From NCBI GenBank assembly GCA_027338645.1, contig DAHWSH010000052.1, positions 28,533-92,532 on the forward strand: 64,000 nucleotides of DNA, in the 5' to 3' direction. The position numbers were made by a program, and so were the translations under genes. Positions 29,665 to 39,581 of this stretch are shown here, piece after piece (position 1 is the first letter of the stretch; each line of letters opens with the position of its first letter). Source of the stretch: Pseudomonadota bacterium. GTDB taxonomy: Bacteria > Pseudomonadota > Gammaproteobacteria > JAKAQQ01. The notes under the pieces are model-generated. The model saw only the letters and a list, made by a program, of their open reading frames with translations. It had not been told where the DNA came from and searched no databases.

Positions 29665-30384
29665 TCAGGCGCCATGGCGCTTTGCGAAGACTAAAAGCGA
29701 CTCCATCCAGGGTCGCACGCCCGGGCTCTGCCCCTTCCCATGAAAGGTATAGACCCCTTCGAGCAGGGAGCGGCTGGCCTTGAGCGAGACTTCATTACTC
29801 AAGGTCCCGTGGGCCAGGTCCAAAAGCACACGTCCCTCGATGCCGGACACCCCGGCCGGCAGTCGCCGGGCGCCGGAGCAGGGATCAAACGCGTAGTGAG
29901 CCGCCGGATGGATCGGCTCGCGGCTCCCCGCTTCTTCAAGGAGATTGAGGCCATAGCCGAGCTCGACCAGAAGGTCCCGTTCGAACAGACACACCACCTG
30001 AGCCGGCGGGACCCCCTCCCCCAGGGCATCCAGCGCACCGGTATAGCGGGCATAAAGCGAAATCAGCGGTTCAAAGCGTTCGGTCAAGCGGAGGATCAGT
30101 TCATGGAGGTGGAAGCCGGCCCAGAGGGCATCCCCCTTTAGGTGGACTGGAGGACCGGCCCGTTCCGCGCCTCTCAGGGTCGGCAGGCGATTCTCGCCTC
30201 CGCTCCAGGAAACACTCCAGGGCGTAAAGGGCTCGAGACGCGAAGTCCTTCGGGAGCGTCGGGTTCCGCGGGCGAGGACACCGATGCGGCCCTCACGTCC
30301 CGTGAGCAGTTCGACGATCTGGCTCGTCTCCCCGTAGTCCCAGGTATGCAAGACCCAGGCCGGTTCATCCCAGACCCGGATCAT
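29665..30384 (-). CDS. recO: DNA repair protein RecO
   Basis: N-terminal OB-fold region (VLHTWDYGETSQIVELLT) and conserved position downstream of era. Confidence 0.8.
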   Translation of the reverse strand: MIRVWDEPAWVLHTWDYGETSQIVELLTGREGRIGVLARGTRRSRRTSRLEPFTPWSVSWSGGENRLPTLRGAERAGPPVHLKGDALWAGFHLHELILRLTERFEPLISLYARYTGALDALGEGVPPAQVVCLFERDLLVELGYGLNLLEEAGSREPIHPAAHYAFDPCSGARRLPAGVSGIEGRVLLDLAHGTLSNEVSLKASRSLLEGVYTFHGKGQSPGVRPWMESLLVFAKRHGA

Positions 30385-31298
30385 CCGCCCGTCTCCGGAG
30401 CCCGTGGCACCGAAGCCGACTGGGACTCGCGGGGATGATGGAGGGTCCAATCGGGGTCGACCTCGACCCGGCTATGCAACAGGACCGGACGGCCGAGACG
30501 CGCTTCGAGTGTATGGCGGACCCGCGTGCCTGCCATCTTGAGCCGCTGCCCGCCGGAGCCGATCACGATCCCCTTCTGGCCCGGACGTTCCACCCAGACC
30601 CGGAGATCCACCTCCACTCCTCGCCCGGTCTCCTGCCACGACTCGCAGACCACATGCAGGGCGTAGGGCAACTCCGCCGTGAGATCCAGCATGAGCTGTT
30701 CCCGGAAAAGCTCGGCCGCCTGGTCGGGCCAGGCGAGCCCGGTGCCTCTCGTTCCGGAAGTCGGCCGGGTCGGGGCGGGACACGAAGAGCGGATCTGGTC
30801 GGCGAGTACCGTGAGGTTCTCACCCCGGCGGGCGGAGACCGGCACCAGAAATGAAAAGGAAGAGCGGTTCGCGAGTTGTTCAAGAAACGGCAGAAGCGCC
30901 GTTCGTGGCTTGATGCGGTCAATCTGGTTGACCACAACCCCGATCGGCTTGCCGAGCGCGAGAGACCGTTCGAGCAGACGATCTTCCTCATCCCGCCACT
31001 CGAGACCGGCCACCACGATCAAGAGGAGATCCGACTCGAGCGCCGCATTCCAGACCAGCTCGTTCAGCCGGCGCTGAAGACGATGCTGGGGACGGTCCAA
31101 GACGCCGGGTGTGTCCCAGATCCGGATCTCGGCCCCGGCCCCAGGCAGGGGCACGGCCACCACGAGGCGGGTGGTCGCCGGTTTCGGGGTGACGATGCTG
31201 AGCCGGCTGCCCACCAGGGCGTTGAAAAGGGTCGACTTGCCGACATTGGGCCGGCCCAAGAGAACGGCCGCCCTCGCGCTTCCGGTCGTCTCAGTCAT
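30381..31298 (-). CDS. era: GTPase Era
   Basis: G1 GRPNVGKSTL, G3 DTPG, C-terminal KH domain. Start ATG overlaps the rnc stop (ATGACTGA). Confidence 0.9.
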   Translation of the reverse strand: MTETTGSARAAVLLGRPNVGKSTLFNALVGSRLSIVTPKPATTRLVVAVPLPGAGAEIRIWDTPGVLDRPQHRLQRRLNELVWNAALESDLLLIVVAGLEWRDEEDRLLERSLALGKPIGVVVNQIDRIKPRTALLPFLEQLANRSSFSFLVPVSARRGENLTVLADQIRSSCPAPTRPTSGTRGTGLAWPDQAAELFREQLMLDLTAELPYALHVVCESWQETGRGVEVDLRVWVERPGQKGIVIGSGGQRLKMAGTRVRHTLEARLGRPVLLHSRVEVDPDWTLHHPRESQSASVPRAPETGG

Positions 31299-31956
31299 GC
31301 CCAATCCGGTCGAGCAGGGCAGCCGCCGCGGCCTGCTCGGCGAGGCGCACACTGGAACCGAGTCCCTGTTCGGCCCACCCTCGCGCCGGGACTTCGCAAC
31401 GAACCAGAAACGATCGGTGGTGGCTCGGCCCGACCGCCGACTGCAGGACATATGCCGGTGGCGGCAGTCCATCACCCTGCAAAAGTTCCTGCAGACGGGT
31501 TTTCGGGTCCTTCTGGTCTGCCAGTCGTTCCACGACCGGCCAGCGCTGTGACAGCAAGCGCTCGACGGCGGCCCGCGCCGCCTCCGCGCCCGCTTCGCAG
31601 GCGATCGCACCGATCACGGCTTCGAGGGTCGAGGCGAGTGCGCGCTCCTGGGCCGCGGGTTCGGACAACGCCCCGGGACCCGCCCGCAACGCGGCCCCCA
31701 GGTCGATCTCCCGGGCCAGCTCGGCCAGAACCGACCGACTGACGAGTCTCGCACGGGCCCGGGTCAGCCGGCCCTCGTCCCAGTCGCCGAAGCGGCGATA
31801 GAGTCCGTCGGCCACGGCCCAACCGAGCACGGCATCTCCCAGAAACTCGAGCCGCTCGTTATGGCCCCCCCCCCGACTGCGGTGGGTCAGCGCCTGGGTG
31901 CACAGCACACGGTCACGGAAGACATGGCCCAGTCCGGTTTCGAACGGCTCCGGCAA
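31291..31956 (-). CDS. rnc: Ribonuclease III
   Basis: RNase III signature ERLEFLGDAVLG plus a dsRBD. The track ORF runs to 32028 but would overlap the upstream DUF4845 gene by 67 nt. An in-frame TTG at 31956 preceded by GGAG gives an E. coli-like N-terminus. Confidence 0.75.
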   Translation of the reverse strand: MPEPFETGLGHVFRDRVLCTQALTHRSRGGGHNERLEFLGDAVLGWAVADGLYRRFGDWDEGRLTRARARLVSRSVLAELAREIDLGAALRAGPGALSEPAAQERALASTLEAVIGAIACEAGAEAARAAVERLLSQRWPVVERLADQKDPKTRLQELLQGDGLPPPAYVLQSAVGPSHHRSFLVRCEVPARGWAEQGLGSSVRLAEQAAAAALLDRIGHD

Positions 31957-31960
31957 GAAC

Positions 31961-32347
31961 CTACTCCGAACCGGGCGGGGGCACCGGCACGTTGACGCTG
32001 TGATGGAAATGGACGATGAATCCGACATTGCCGATGAACGGAGTCTTTTCCGAATAATCGACGGTCAACACCAGGTGATGGTGAACCCGGGTGATTTCCA
32101 CATTACGGGAATGGATGGCATCGATCTGGTTGACCACGAACTGCCGGACGACGGCGCGGAAAATCTGGTGACGGCTGATCGTGGGCTCGTTGTGTGCCGC
32201 TGCATCGACCGCCGACCGGATCGTGAGATATTCGAGATAGACGGGAATCAGGCGGACGGCCGCCAGTGCAAAAATCGTGAACAGGCACAACGACAGTACC
32301 CATCCCACGAAACTCATCCCCCGCTGCTTTCGTTTGAACTTCGGCAT
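31961..32347 (-). CDS. DUF4845 domain protein (conserved lepB-rnc spacer gene)
   Basis: 128 aa with one N-terminal TM helix, in the conserved position between lepB and rnc. Confidence 0.65.
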   Translation of the reverse strand: MPKFKRKQRGMSFVGWVLSLCLFTIFALAAVRLIPVYLEYLTIRSAVDAAAHNEPTISRHQIFRAVVRQFVVNQIDAIHSRNVEITRVHHHLVLTVDYSEKTPFIGNVGFIVHFHHSVNVPVPPPGSE

Positions 32348-32361
32348 GCTGCAATCCTCGC

Positions 32362-33126
32362 TTAGCGGATTATACGGCCGATCCGGCTCCAGATCGGCAT
32401 CCGGGAAAAGGCATCCCAGTTGAACCAGATGACCACTGCGCGCCCGATCAGATCCCGGTTGGGAACGCTACCCCAGTAGCGGCTGTCATCGCTGTCGTCC
32501 CGGTTGTCCCCCATCATGAAGTAGTGCCGGGGAGGGACGAGGTAACCGCCCGTGGGGGCCGTGAGACCGGGCGTGATGAGAATCTCGTGCTCGATCTGTC
32601 CCAGCCGCTCCACACAGAGCAGGGATCCCGACTCCCCGTCCGGCCCCCGGTAGGGGCCCTTGCAGACGTGAGGGACTAAACGATGATTGATCCACAACCG
32701 GTTGCCCTGGTAGCGGACCCAGTCCCCCGGCACTCCGACCACCCGCTTGATGTAATCGACGGAGGGGTTGAGCGGGTAGCGGAACACCACCACCTGACCC
32801 ACCCGGGGGTGGCCGGTCGGGATGATCACCGTGTTGGTCACCGGCAGCCGGATCCCGTAGTCGAACTTGTTGACCAGGATGAAATCACCGATGAGCAGGG
32901 TCGGAACCATGGATCCCGAGGGGATCCGGAAGGGCTCGAAAAGAAAGGAGCGGATGAGCACCAGAACCAAGAGAATGGGAAAGAAGGACCGGGCATACTC
33001 GACCAGGCTCCGGGTTGGCAGTCCCGTGCCCCGCCGTTTCCGCCAGACGACATCGGCGAGCCAGATCAGGCCGGACACCGCAAGGATGATCAGAAAGACT
33101 GCCGAATATCCGAAAACTGCCATCAC
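32362..33126 (-). CDS. lepB: Signal peptidase I
   Basis: Catalytic Ser/Lys boxes (IPSGSMVPTL, GDNRDDSDDSRYWG). Confidence 0.9.
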   Translation of the reverse strand: MMAVFGYSAVFLIILAVSGLIWLADVVWRKRRGTGLPTRSLVEYARSFFPILLVLVLIRSFLFEPFRIPSGSMVPTLLIGDFILVNKFDYGIRLPVTNTVIIPTGHPRVGQVVVFRYPLNPSVDYIKRVVGVPGDWVRYQGNRLWINHRLVPHVCKGPYRGPDGESGSLLCVERLGQIEHEILITPGLTAPTGGYLVPPRHYFMMGDNRDDSDDSRYWGSVPNRDLIGRAVVIWFNWDAFSRMPIWSRIGRIIR

Positions 33127-33277
33127 AGGGCCTCAGTCAGAAGGGGTCAATCGAATGGGCCAGGACCCGGTCGCCCACCGGGCGGGGGCGCTCCCCGAGG
33201 CCGCGCGACGATCGCCTGCATTATATAGTGTCCCCAGACCCGCAAGGAATGGCCGGGCCGTGGGGCGCCTCACGGAC

Positions 33278-35077
33278 TCAGTCCACCGCCGAGTGCTTGA
33301 GCACGGCCAAAAACGCCTCCTGAGGAATCTCGACCTTGCCGAGCCGCTTCATACGTTTTTTTCCCTCTTTCTGCTTCTCGAGCAGCTTGCGTTTCCGGGT
33401 CACATCCCCCCCGTAGCACTTGGCGATGACATTTTTTCGCAAGGCCTTGACGGTGGCCCGGGCGATGACCTGGGTGCCGATCGTGGCCTGCAGGGCCACC
33501 TCGAACATCTGACGCGGGATCAACTGTTGCAGGCGATCCACGAGTTCCCGGCCCCGGGCATAAGCCACGTCCCGGTGCACAATCGTGGAAAAGGCATCGA
33601 CTGCCTCCCCATTGACCAGGAAATCCAGCCGGACCAGCCGGGAGGGGCGGAATCCCACAAAACGGTAATCGAAGGAGGCATAACCCCGGGAGGCGGACTT
33701 CAGGCGATCGAAGAAATCCAGAACCACCTCGCTCAGCGGAAGCTCGTATTCAAGGGCCACCTGCCGCGCGTAGTAGTGCAGGCCGGTCTGCCGACCGCGT
33801 TTTTCCTGGCACAAGGCGATCAGCGCGCCCAGGTGATCCGGGGGCGTCAGCATCCGGGCCAGGATGATTGGCTCGCGGATCTCCCGGATTTGCGAGATGG
33901 CCGGCAGGCCGCTTGGATTGTTCACCATGAGGGTCTGCCCATCCAGCTCAACCACCTCGTAATGCACGGTTGGCACGGTCGTGATCAGGCTCAGGTGATA
34001 TTCCCGCTCGAGCCGTTCCTGGACGATTTCCATGTGGAGCAGGCCGAGAAAGCCGCACCGGAATCCGAATCCGAGGGCAACCGAGGTCTCCGGTTCGTAA
34101 CTCAGGGCGGAGTCATTGAGACGGAGCTTGGAGAGGGCATCGCGGAAGGCTTCGTACTGCTCCGAATCGGTGGGGAACAGTCCGGCATAGACCCGGGGAT
34201 GAACCGGTTCGAACCCCGCGAGTGGCACCGATGCCGGATGGTCCGCCTGCGTCACCGTATCGCCCACCGGTGCGCCCTCGACCTCCTTGATGCCGGCAAT
34301 GAGATAGCCGACCTCGCCGGCTTCCAATGCCGGGCAATCCTCCATCTGGAGTGGCCGGAAGAGTCCGACCCGATCGGCCTGGTGAACCCGGCGCGTCGAA
34401 AAGAGTTCGATCCGGGAGTGGGCCGCCAAGCGGCCCTCCTGGACCCGGATCAGTGAAACCACCCCGACATAGTTGTCGAAACGGGAATCGATGATGAGGG
34501 CACGGAGCGGATCCGTGGAGCGACCAGACGGCGGACGGATCCGATGGATCACCGCCTCGAGGAGTTCATGCACCCCGGCCCCCGTTTTGGCACTGACCCG
34601 AAGTGCCGAGTGGGCCTCGATCCCGATCACGTCCTCGATTTCCGCGATGACGCGGTCCGGATCCGCAGCCGGCAGATCGATCTTGTTGATGACCGGGATG
34701 ATCTCGAGTCCCTGCTCGATGGCCTGGTAACAGTTCGCGACGCTCTGTGCCTCCACGCCCTGAACCGCATCCACCACGAGGAGCGCCCCTTCGCAGGCGG
34801 CCAGCGATCGGGACACCTCATAGGAAAAATCCACGTGTCCGGGTGTATCGATGAGGTTGAAGCGGAAGAGCTGACCACTGTTCGAGCGGTAGTCGAGGGC
34901 GACGCTCTGCGCCTTGATGGTGATTCCTCGCTCGCGTTCGATTTCCATCGAATCGAGCACCTGGTCCATCATGGCCCGCTTGGGAAGACCGCCGCAGAGC
35001 TCGATGAAACGGTCGGCCAGAGTGGACTTCCCGTGATCGACATGGGCCAGGATGCAGAAGTTACGGATCCGATCCAT
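33278..35077 (-). CDS. lepA: Elongation factor 4
   Basis: [25 protein letters not shown], and the LepA C-terminal domain. Confidence 0.95.
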   Translation of the reverse strand: MDRIRNFCILAHVDHGKSTLADRFIELCGGLPKRAMMDQVLDSMEIERERGITIKAQSVALDYRSNSGQLFRFNLIDTPGHVDFSYEVSRSLAACEGALLVVDAVQGVEAQSVANCYQAIEQGLEIIPVINKIDLPAADPDRVIAEIEDVIGIEAHSALRVSAKTGAGVHELLEAVIHRIRPPSGRSTDPLRALIIDSRFDNYVGVVSLIRVQEGRLAAHSRIELFSTRRVHQADRVGLFRPLQMEDCPALEAGEVGYLIAGIKEVEGAPVGDTVTQADHPASVPLAGFEPVHPRVYAGLFPTDSEQYEAFRDALSKLRLNDSALSYEPETSVALGFGFRCGFLGLLHMEIVQERLEREYHLSLITTVPTVHYEVVELDGQTLMVNNPSGLPAISQIREIREPIILARMLTPPDHLGALIALCQEKRGRQTGLHYYARQVALEYELPLSEVVLDFFDRLKSASRGYASFDYRFVGFRPSRLVRLDFLVNGEAVDAFSTIVHRDVAYARGRELVDRLQQLIPRQMFEVALQATIGTQVIARATVKALRKNVIAKCYGGDVTRKRKLLEKQKEGKKRMKRLGKVEIPQEAFLAVLKHSAVD

Positions 35078-35198
35078 GCCGGGTCAGTGCTCCCACCCAT
35101 AACCCGTCCGGACCGGTCTCCTGCTTCCGGTCACAACCGGCACGCTGTCATTCACGCTCGGGGATTCCGTCTTCGGGGCGAGGCTACATTCTACGGGT

Positions 35199-35474
35199 TC
35201 AAGACCGTCCACGGGGCCGGAGGGGCGGCGGGGGTAGTGCCGGGTCCAGGGTCTCCCGGTTCCAGCAGCCCTCGACGATCACCTGGTTGTCCTTGAGAAG
35301 GACCGGAACCCGCAATCCATACTGGTCGACCAGATGAGGCGCACTGTCCACATCCAGCACATCGAGCCAGGCATCGGCGGATTCGCCGAAATATCCCCGA
35401 AGGTATTGTTCCAGCCGCTCGCAGGGAGGGCAGTTCCGGCGGCGGATGAGCCGCCAGGGAGGGACGGGCTTCAC
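35199..35474 (-). CDS. Glutaredoxin-like thioredoxin-fold protein (DUF836 type), CPPC motif
   Basis: 91 aa with C-P-P-C redox motif. Start overlaps the rseB stop (ATGA). Confidence 0.55.
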   Translation of the reverse strand: MKPVPPWRLIRRRNCPPCERLEQYLRGYFGESADAWLDVLDVDSAPHLVDQYGLRVPVLLKDNQVIVEGCWNRETLDPALPPPPLRPRGRS

Positions 35475-36445
35475 TGGGAAAAGACCAGCCGGGCCTGCTC
35501 GGCAATGAAGCGGACCGTGCGAAGCGGCACCTCGCCGATGACCGTGAAGGAGAAGCCACCGATCTTCCGGCCGAAAGCCGAAACCGGTCCCATCCGGGCC
35601 GGGCCGGTCAGGATGGGGAAGCGAGCACCCAGCGGGTGGATGAACACGGAGACCGTGGCCAGACCATCACTCAGGAGGACATGTCGGACCGGACCGGGAG
35701 CGAGCGTCGTCGTATTCTCGATTACGCGGAATCCCGGCGGGACACGCTGGAACTCGCACTGCGGGATTACGGCCCCGCGCGCGTTCGGAAGCGGAATGGG
35801 TGGGATTTTAGGGGGCTCGAGGTGCCAAGCCGCCGGTGGATACCAGTGAATGGTCACGAACATCATCTGCTCGATGACCTGTCCTTCCGCGTTGAGCAGG
35901 TCGGAGCGCAGGGGGAAACCGTTACGGGAATCAATCCAGAGTCGGTAACCGTAACGGTAGCGGTCCAGGGGTCGAACGACGATGATCCGGGCCATATGGC
36001 CGGCCACCCGGCCCACGCGCGGCACCGGGATAAACCGGTACTCCCGGGCCAGATCCCGGCGGAAGTGCTTGCGGAATCCGATCCAGTTCTGCGGCAGGCC
36101 GGTATAGCTGCCGAGGACGTGCATCATACGCACCGGGTGACCACGGAACAGAAACTGGAGACGGTGGCCGTTTTTGAGAAGCTGGCGCGGTGGCCCATTC
36201 AGCGTCCGGATCCGCTCCCAGCCGCCATTTCGGGCCACCCCATGCTCGACCGCGATGGATTTGAGCATGCTGTTGTGCTGGAAGACCAGAATCCCTCGAT
36301 AGTTGACCGAGAGCAGAACCTGCTGCATGCGGAGCAGGGCTTGTTCCGGCCTGAACGGGGGTAGCGGCCGGGCCACGGCCGTGCCCAGCGCGAGGAGCCC
36401 GAGGCCGAATCCGCCCCACCAGCGGGTGTGGGCAGACGCGGTCAC
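35471..36445 (-). CDS. rseB: Sigma-E regulatory protein RseB/MucB
   Basis: MucB/RseB family body. Proposed GTG start gives the signal peptide TASAHTRWWGGFGLGLLALGTAVA and overlaps the rseA stop (GTGA). The longer track ORF would overlap rseA extensively. Confidence 0.75.
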   Translation of the reverse strand: MTASAHTRWWGGFGLGLLALGTAVARPLPPFRPEQALLRMQQVLLSVNYRGILVFQHNSMLKSIAVEHGVARNGGWERIRTLNGPPRQLLKNGHRLQFLFRGHPVRMMHVLGSYTGLPQNWIGFRKHFRRDLAREYRFIPVPRVGRVAGHMARIIVVRPLDRYRYGYRLWIDSRNGFPLRSDLLNAEGQVIEQMMFVTIHWYPPAAWHLEPPKIPPIPLPNARGAVIPQCEFQRVPPGFRVIENTTTLAPGPVRHVLLSDGLATVSVFIHPLGARFPILTGPARMGPVSAFGRKIGGFSFTVIGEVPLRTVRFIAEQARLVFSQ

Positions 36446-37038
36446 GGGTGCCGGTGCCGCCACCGTTGCCCCCGACCCGAAACGGCATAGTTGTAGGCCG
36501 CGATCCTCGGATAAGCCATGGTCGAGGTGGCCGAGATGGAGGCGGCATGCAGCATCCAGTACGTCGTGAGCTCGCGGCGCAGCGCCCGAGAGGGCACGCT
36601 CCACGAAACCGAGCGGACTCGGCCATAGGGCGCGGCTGCAGGCGCCATGCGGCGGATCGTCAGCACGCCCGGCGGCGGATGGGACAACCCGGTCCGCGAC
36701 CCATCGTAACGCAGTCCGACGGCCAGGAGGAAGACAAAAGACAGGGCGAAAGCCCCCCGCCAGGACCAGATTCCGGCCCCCGATCTTCCCTGCTTGGGTT
36801 GCCGACCTGCCGGCGACGGAACGCGCACCGTCTCGCTCATCCAGTCGCAGAGCCGCCATTCCTCGCTTTGCAGGACTTCACGGATGAGACTGTAGCGGGA
36901 CAGTGCCCGACCCACCCCCGGATGCACCCGGACGGTCTCGATCAGCTCGGCGCAGTCGACCTCCGAGAGTTCACCATCCAGGAAGGCGGACAAGGACTCC
37001 CCGCCCGGGGGTCCGATTTCAGGTTGCAGTGATTCCAT
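36442..37038 (-). CDS. rseA: Anti-sigma-E factor RseA
   Basis: N-terminal anti-sigma domain (LSAFLDGELSE), a central TM helix, a periplasmic C-terminal region. Start MESLQPE lies 2 nt after the rpoE stop. Confidence 0.7.
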   Translation of the reverse strand: MESLQPEIGPPGGESLSAFLDGELSEVDCAELIETVRVHPGVGRALSRYSLIREVLQSEEWRLCDWMSETVRVPSPAGRQPKQGRSGAGIWSWRGAFALSFVFLLAVGLRYDGSRTGLSHPPPGVLTIRRMAPAAAPYGRVRSVSWSVPSRALRRELTTYWMLHAASISATSTMAYPRIAAYNYAVSGRGQRWRHRHP

Positions 37039-37040
37039 AA

Positions 37041-37643
37041 TCAGTTTCCTCCTCCGCTCAGAAGCGGTTCCAAACGACTGTTGATGGCCTCGCGCGCCCG
37101 GAAGATCCGGGAACGGACCGTCCCAATCGGACAATTCATGGTCTCGGCAATATCCTCGTAGCTGAACCCTTCGACCTCCCGGAGCAGGATCGCCATCCGC
37201 AGGTCGGGGGCGAGTTCTTGAATGGCGTGAACGATCACTTGGCGCATCTCCTCGGAGATCAAGAGTGCTTCAGGCGTCTCGAGTGACTGCAAGCCTTCCA
37301 GGCTGTTGGCCGCGTCATGGTCGCCGTTTTCCATGAACGCAGACTCCTGGCGCTTGGCTTCGAGTGCCAGGTGGTTTTTTGCGACATTGATGGCAATCCG
37401 GTACAACCAGGTATAAAACGCGCTGTCTCCCCGGAAGGACCGGATCGACCGGTAAGCCCGCAGGAAGGTTTCCTGGGTAATGTCAAACGCCAGATTGGCA
37501 TCGTGCACATATCGGGTGATGAATTTGCAGATCCGGTACTGGTACTTGCGGACCAAAAGATCAAAGGCCGTCCGATCTCCCGCTTGGACCCGCCCCACCA
37601 GGACCTGATCATTGTCGGCGCTCGCCCCCGGCCCAGGACTCAT
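37041..37643 (-). CDS. rpoE: RNA polymerase sigma factor RpoE (ECF sigma-24)
   Basis: Sigma-70 regions 2 and 4 (FDLLVRKYQYRI..., EDIAETMNCPIGTVRSRIFRAR). 200 aa from MSPGPGAS. Confidence 0.85.
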   Translation of the reverse strand: MSPGPGASADNDQVLVGRVQAGDRTAFDLLVRKYQYRICKFITRYVHDANLAFDITQETFLRAYRSIRSFRGDSAFYTWLYRIAINVAKNHLALEAKRQESAFMENGDHDAANSLEGLQSLETPEALLISEEMRQVIVHAIQELAPDLRMAILLREVEGFSYEDIAETMNCPIGTVRSRIFRAREAINSRLEPLLSGGGN

Positions 37644-37663
37644 GACGGGAGAACCTCGGTCAC

Positions 37664-37696
37664 GTAATATGACCTTCGGGAAGCGAAAGAGTTCGA
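37664..37696 (-). promoter_or_regulatory. Putative sigma-E-type (autoregulated) promoter of rpoE
   Basis: On the minus strand, GAACTC, a 16-nt spacer, then TCATA about 25 nt upstream of the rpoE ATG. This resembles the GGAACTT-N16-TCAAA consensus. Weak, read by eye. Confidence 0.25.
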
Positions 37697-37995
37697 TGTT
37701 CCTCCCTCCGGCCGAGCCCACAGCGACGGGGGCAAGCGAAGCTTTGCAGAACCCGCGCGAAGGAAAACGGAGGAATAATGGATTTCATATGGAAAATCAG
37801 TCACTTGATAAGATACCGCGACCTTCTCCGAATGACCCGTGCGGACTGTCGCAACCGGCACCCGCTGGATTATAGAACGGCGCGGGGATACCCATCACGC
37901 TTCAGGGGACGGGATGAAAGCAAAGTTGACCGGATGGGTGTCGACTTCCCCGAGCGCTCGGTGAGGTATCGCAGAACCGGGGCCTGCAACCGGCC

Positions 37996-38571
37996 TCAGG
38001 ATTTCCAGAGGGTTTTCCGATAATAAGCAAGTTCCGCGATCGAGTCGAGGACGTCGGCCAAGGCCGTGTGCCGGCTTTCCTTGCTCAAGGCGCCAAGCGC
38101 GGCCGGATTCCAGCGCCGGGCCAGTTCCTTGAGGGTCGATACGTCCAGGTTGCGGTAGTGGAAATAGGCCTCGAGCCGGGGCATCCAGCGGACCAGGAAA
38201 CGGCGATCCTGGCAAACGCTGTTGCCGCACATGGGAGAGGCCCCGTCCGGGACCAGATCGGACAGGAAATCCAGGGTCAGGCGTTCGGCCTCCGCCTCCG
38301 TGCACCGGCTACCCCGAACCCGCTCGGTGAGACCCGAGGAGCCGTGATGCTGGCGACACCAGGTTCCCATCCCGGCGAGCACGGACTCCGGCTGGGTAAT
38401 GGCCAGAACCGGCCCCTGTGCAAGGATCTCAAGATCCGGTCCGGTCACGACGGTCGCGATTTCGAGAATGCGATCCTCAAGTGGATTGAGTCCGGTCATC
38501 TCGAGGTCAATCCAGACGAGACGAAGCGATCGGTGGCTCGCGGCCGGCCCCACTCCGGCAGGCTCGCTCAT
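37996..38571 (-). CDS. orn: Oligoribonuclease
   Basis: [11 protein letters not shown]...[12 protein letters not shown]...[19 protein letters not shown], near-identical in motifs to E. coli Orn. Confidence 0.85.
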   Translation of the reverse strand: MSEPAGVGPAASHRSLRLVWIDLEMTGLNPLEDRILEIATVVTGPDLEILAQGPVLAITQPESVLAGMGTWCRQHHGSSGLTERVRGSRCTEAEAERLTLDFLSDLVPDGASPMCGNSVCQDRRFLVRWMPRLEAYFHYRNLDVSTLKELARRWNPAALGALSKESRHTALADVLDSIAELAYYRKTLWKS

Positions 38572-38912
38572 CCCGGCGGCCATTTGAGCAAACGCCCAGC
38601 CAGAAGATGGAGATGCAGGTGGGCCACGGTCTGCCCTCCCCACTCGCCGGTATTGATCACCAGGCGGTAGCCGCTTGGGGCGAGACCGGATCTCGCCGCG
38701 AGGTCACGGGCCCGGAGCAACCACCGGCCGGCCAGATCGGGTTCCACCTCGGTCCATTCGGCCAAGGAGGCCACATGTCGCTTGGGGATGAGCAGGAGGT
38801 GCACGGGCGCCACGGGGTGCGCATCGTGGAAGGCGATGAAGTCGGGGTCTTCGTCCACGATTTGCGCATCCAACTCATGCTGGGCAATCCGGCAGAACAC
38901 ACATTCAATCAT
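38568..38912 (-). CDS. HIT-family (histidine triad) nucleotide hydrolase
   Basis: HLHLHLL histidine-triad motif. 114 aa. Confidence 0.8.
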   Translation of the reverse strand: MIECVFCRIAQHELDAQIVDEDPDFIAFHDAHPVAPVHLLLIPKRHVASLAEWTEVEPDLAGRWLLRARDLAARSGLAPSGYRLVINTGEWGGQTVAHLHLHLLAGRLLKWPPG

Positions 38913-38945
38913 GGCGCAAAATCCCCCCGTCGGCTCCTCTCCCGG

Positions 38946-39548
38946 TCATTCATAGTTCCGCCTGCCCTGGATGGCTTGGATCAGTGTATGACCATCCAGA
39001 TACTCGAGTTCGCCACCCATCGGGATCCCCTGGGCAATCCGCGTCGACGGGATGGACCGACTCCGGCACAGGTTGGCGATGAAGTGGGCAGTGGCCTCCC
39101 CTTCCACGGTGGCATTGGTCGCGAGGATGACCTCACGGACTCGTCCTGAGGCCAGGTGCTCGACGAGAAGGTCAAGCCCGATGTCATCCGGCCCCACCTG
39201 GTCGAGCGGGGACAGGTGCCCATAAAGGACAAAATAGGTACCGCGGTAGCTCGCGGTGTTCTCGAGCGCAATCACGTCCGCCGGCGTCTCCACCACGCAG
39301 ACCTGGCTCCGATCGCGCGATTCCGATCGGCAGATCGTACAAAGCGCTTCTTCGGCGTACATCCGGCACGACTGGCACAACTGCAGTCGGTCGAGGGCCT
39401 CACCCAAGGCATGGGCCAGCCGCCGAGCCCGCCCCCCCTGGTCATTGATCAGGGCGAGGGTCAGCCGCTGCGCCGTACGGGGTCCCACGCCCGGGAGCTG
39501 CCTCAGGGCTTCGGTCAAATGCTCAAGCGGCGGGGGCATCACTTTCAT
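38946..39548 (-). CDS. recR: Recombination protein RecR
   Basis: HhH motif LPGVGPRTAQRL, C4 zinc finger, Toprim domain. Confidence 0.9.
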   Translation of the reverse strand: MKVMPPPLEHLTEALRQLPGVGPRTAQRLTLALINDQGGRARRLAHALGEALDRLQLCQSCRMYAEEALCTICRSESRDRSQVCVVETPADVIALENTASYRGTYFVLYGHLSPLDQVGPDDIGLDLLVEHLASGRVREVILATNATVEGEATAHFIANLCRSRSIPSTRIAQGIPMGGELEYLDGHTLIQAIQGRRNYE

Positions 39549-39581
39549 GACGGGGACTGGATCCGGAGGTCCCGACCGTTC

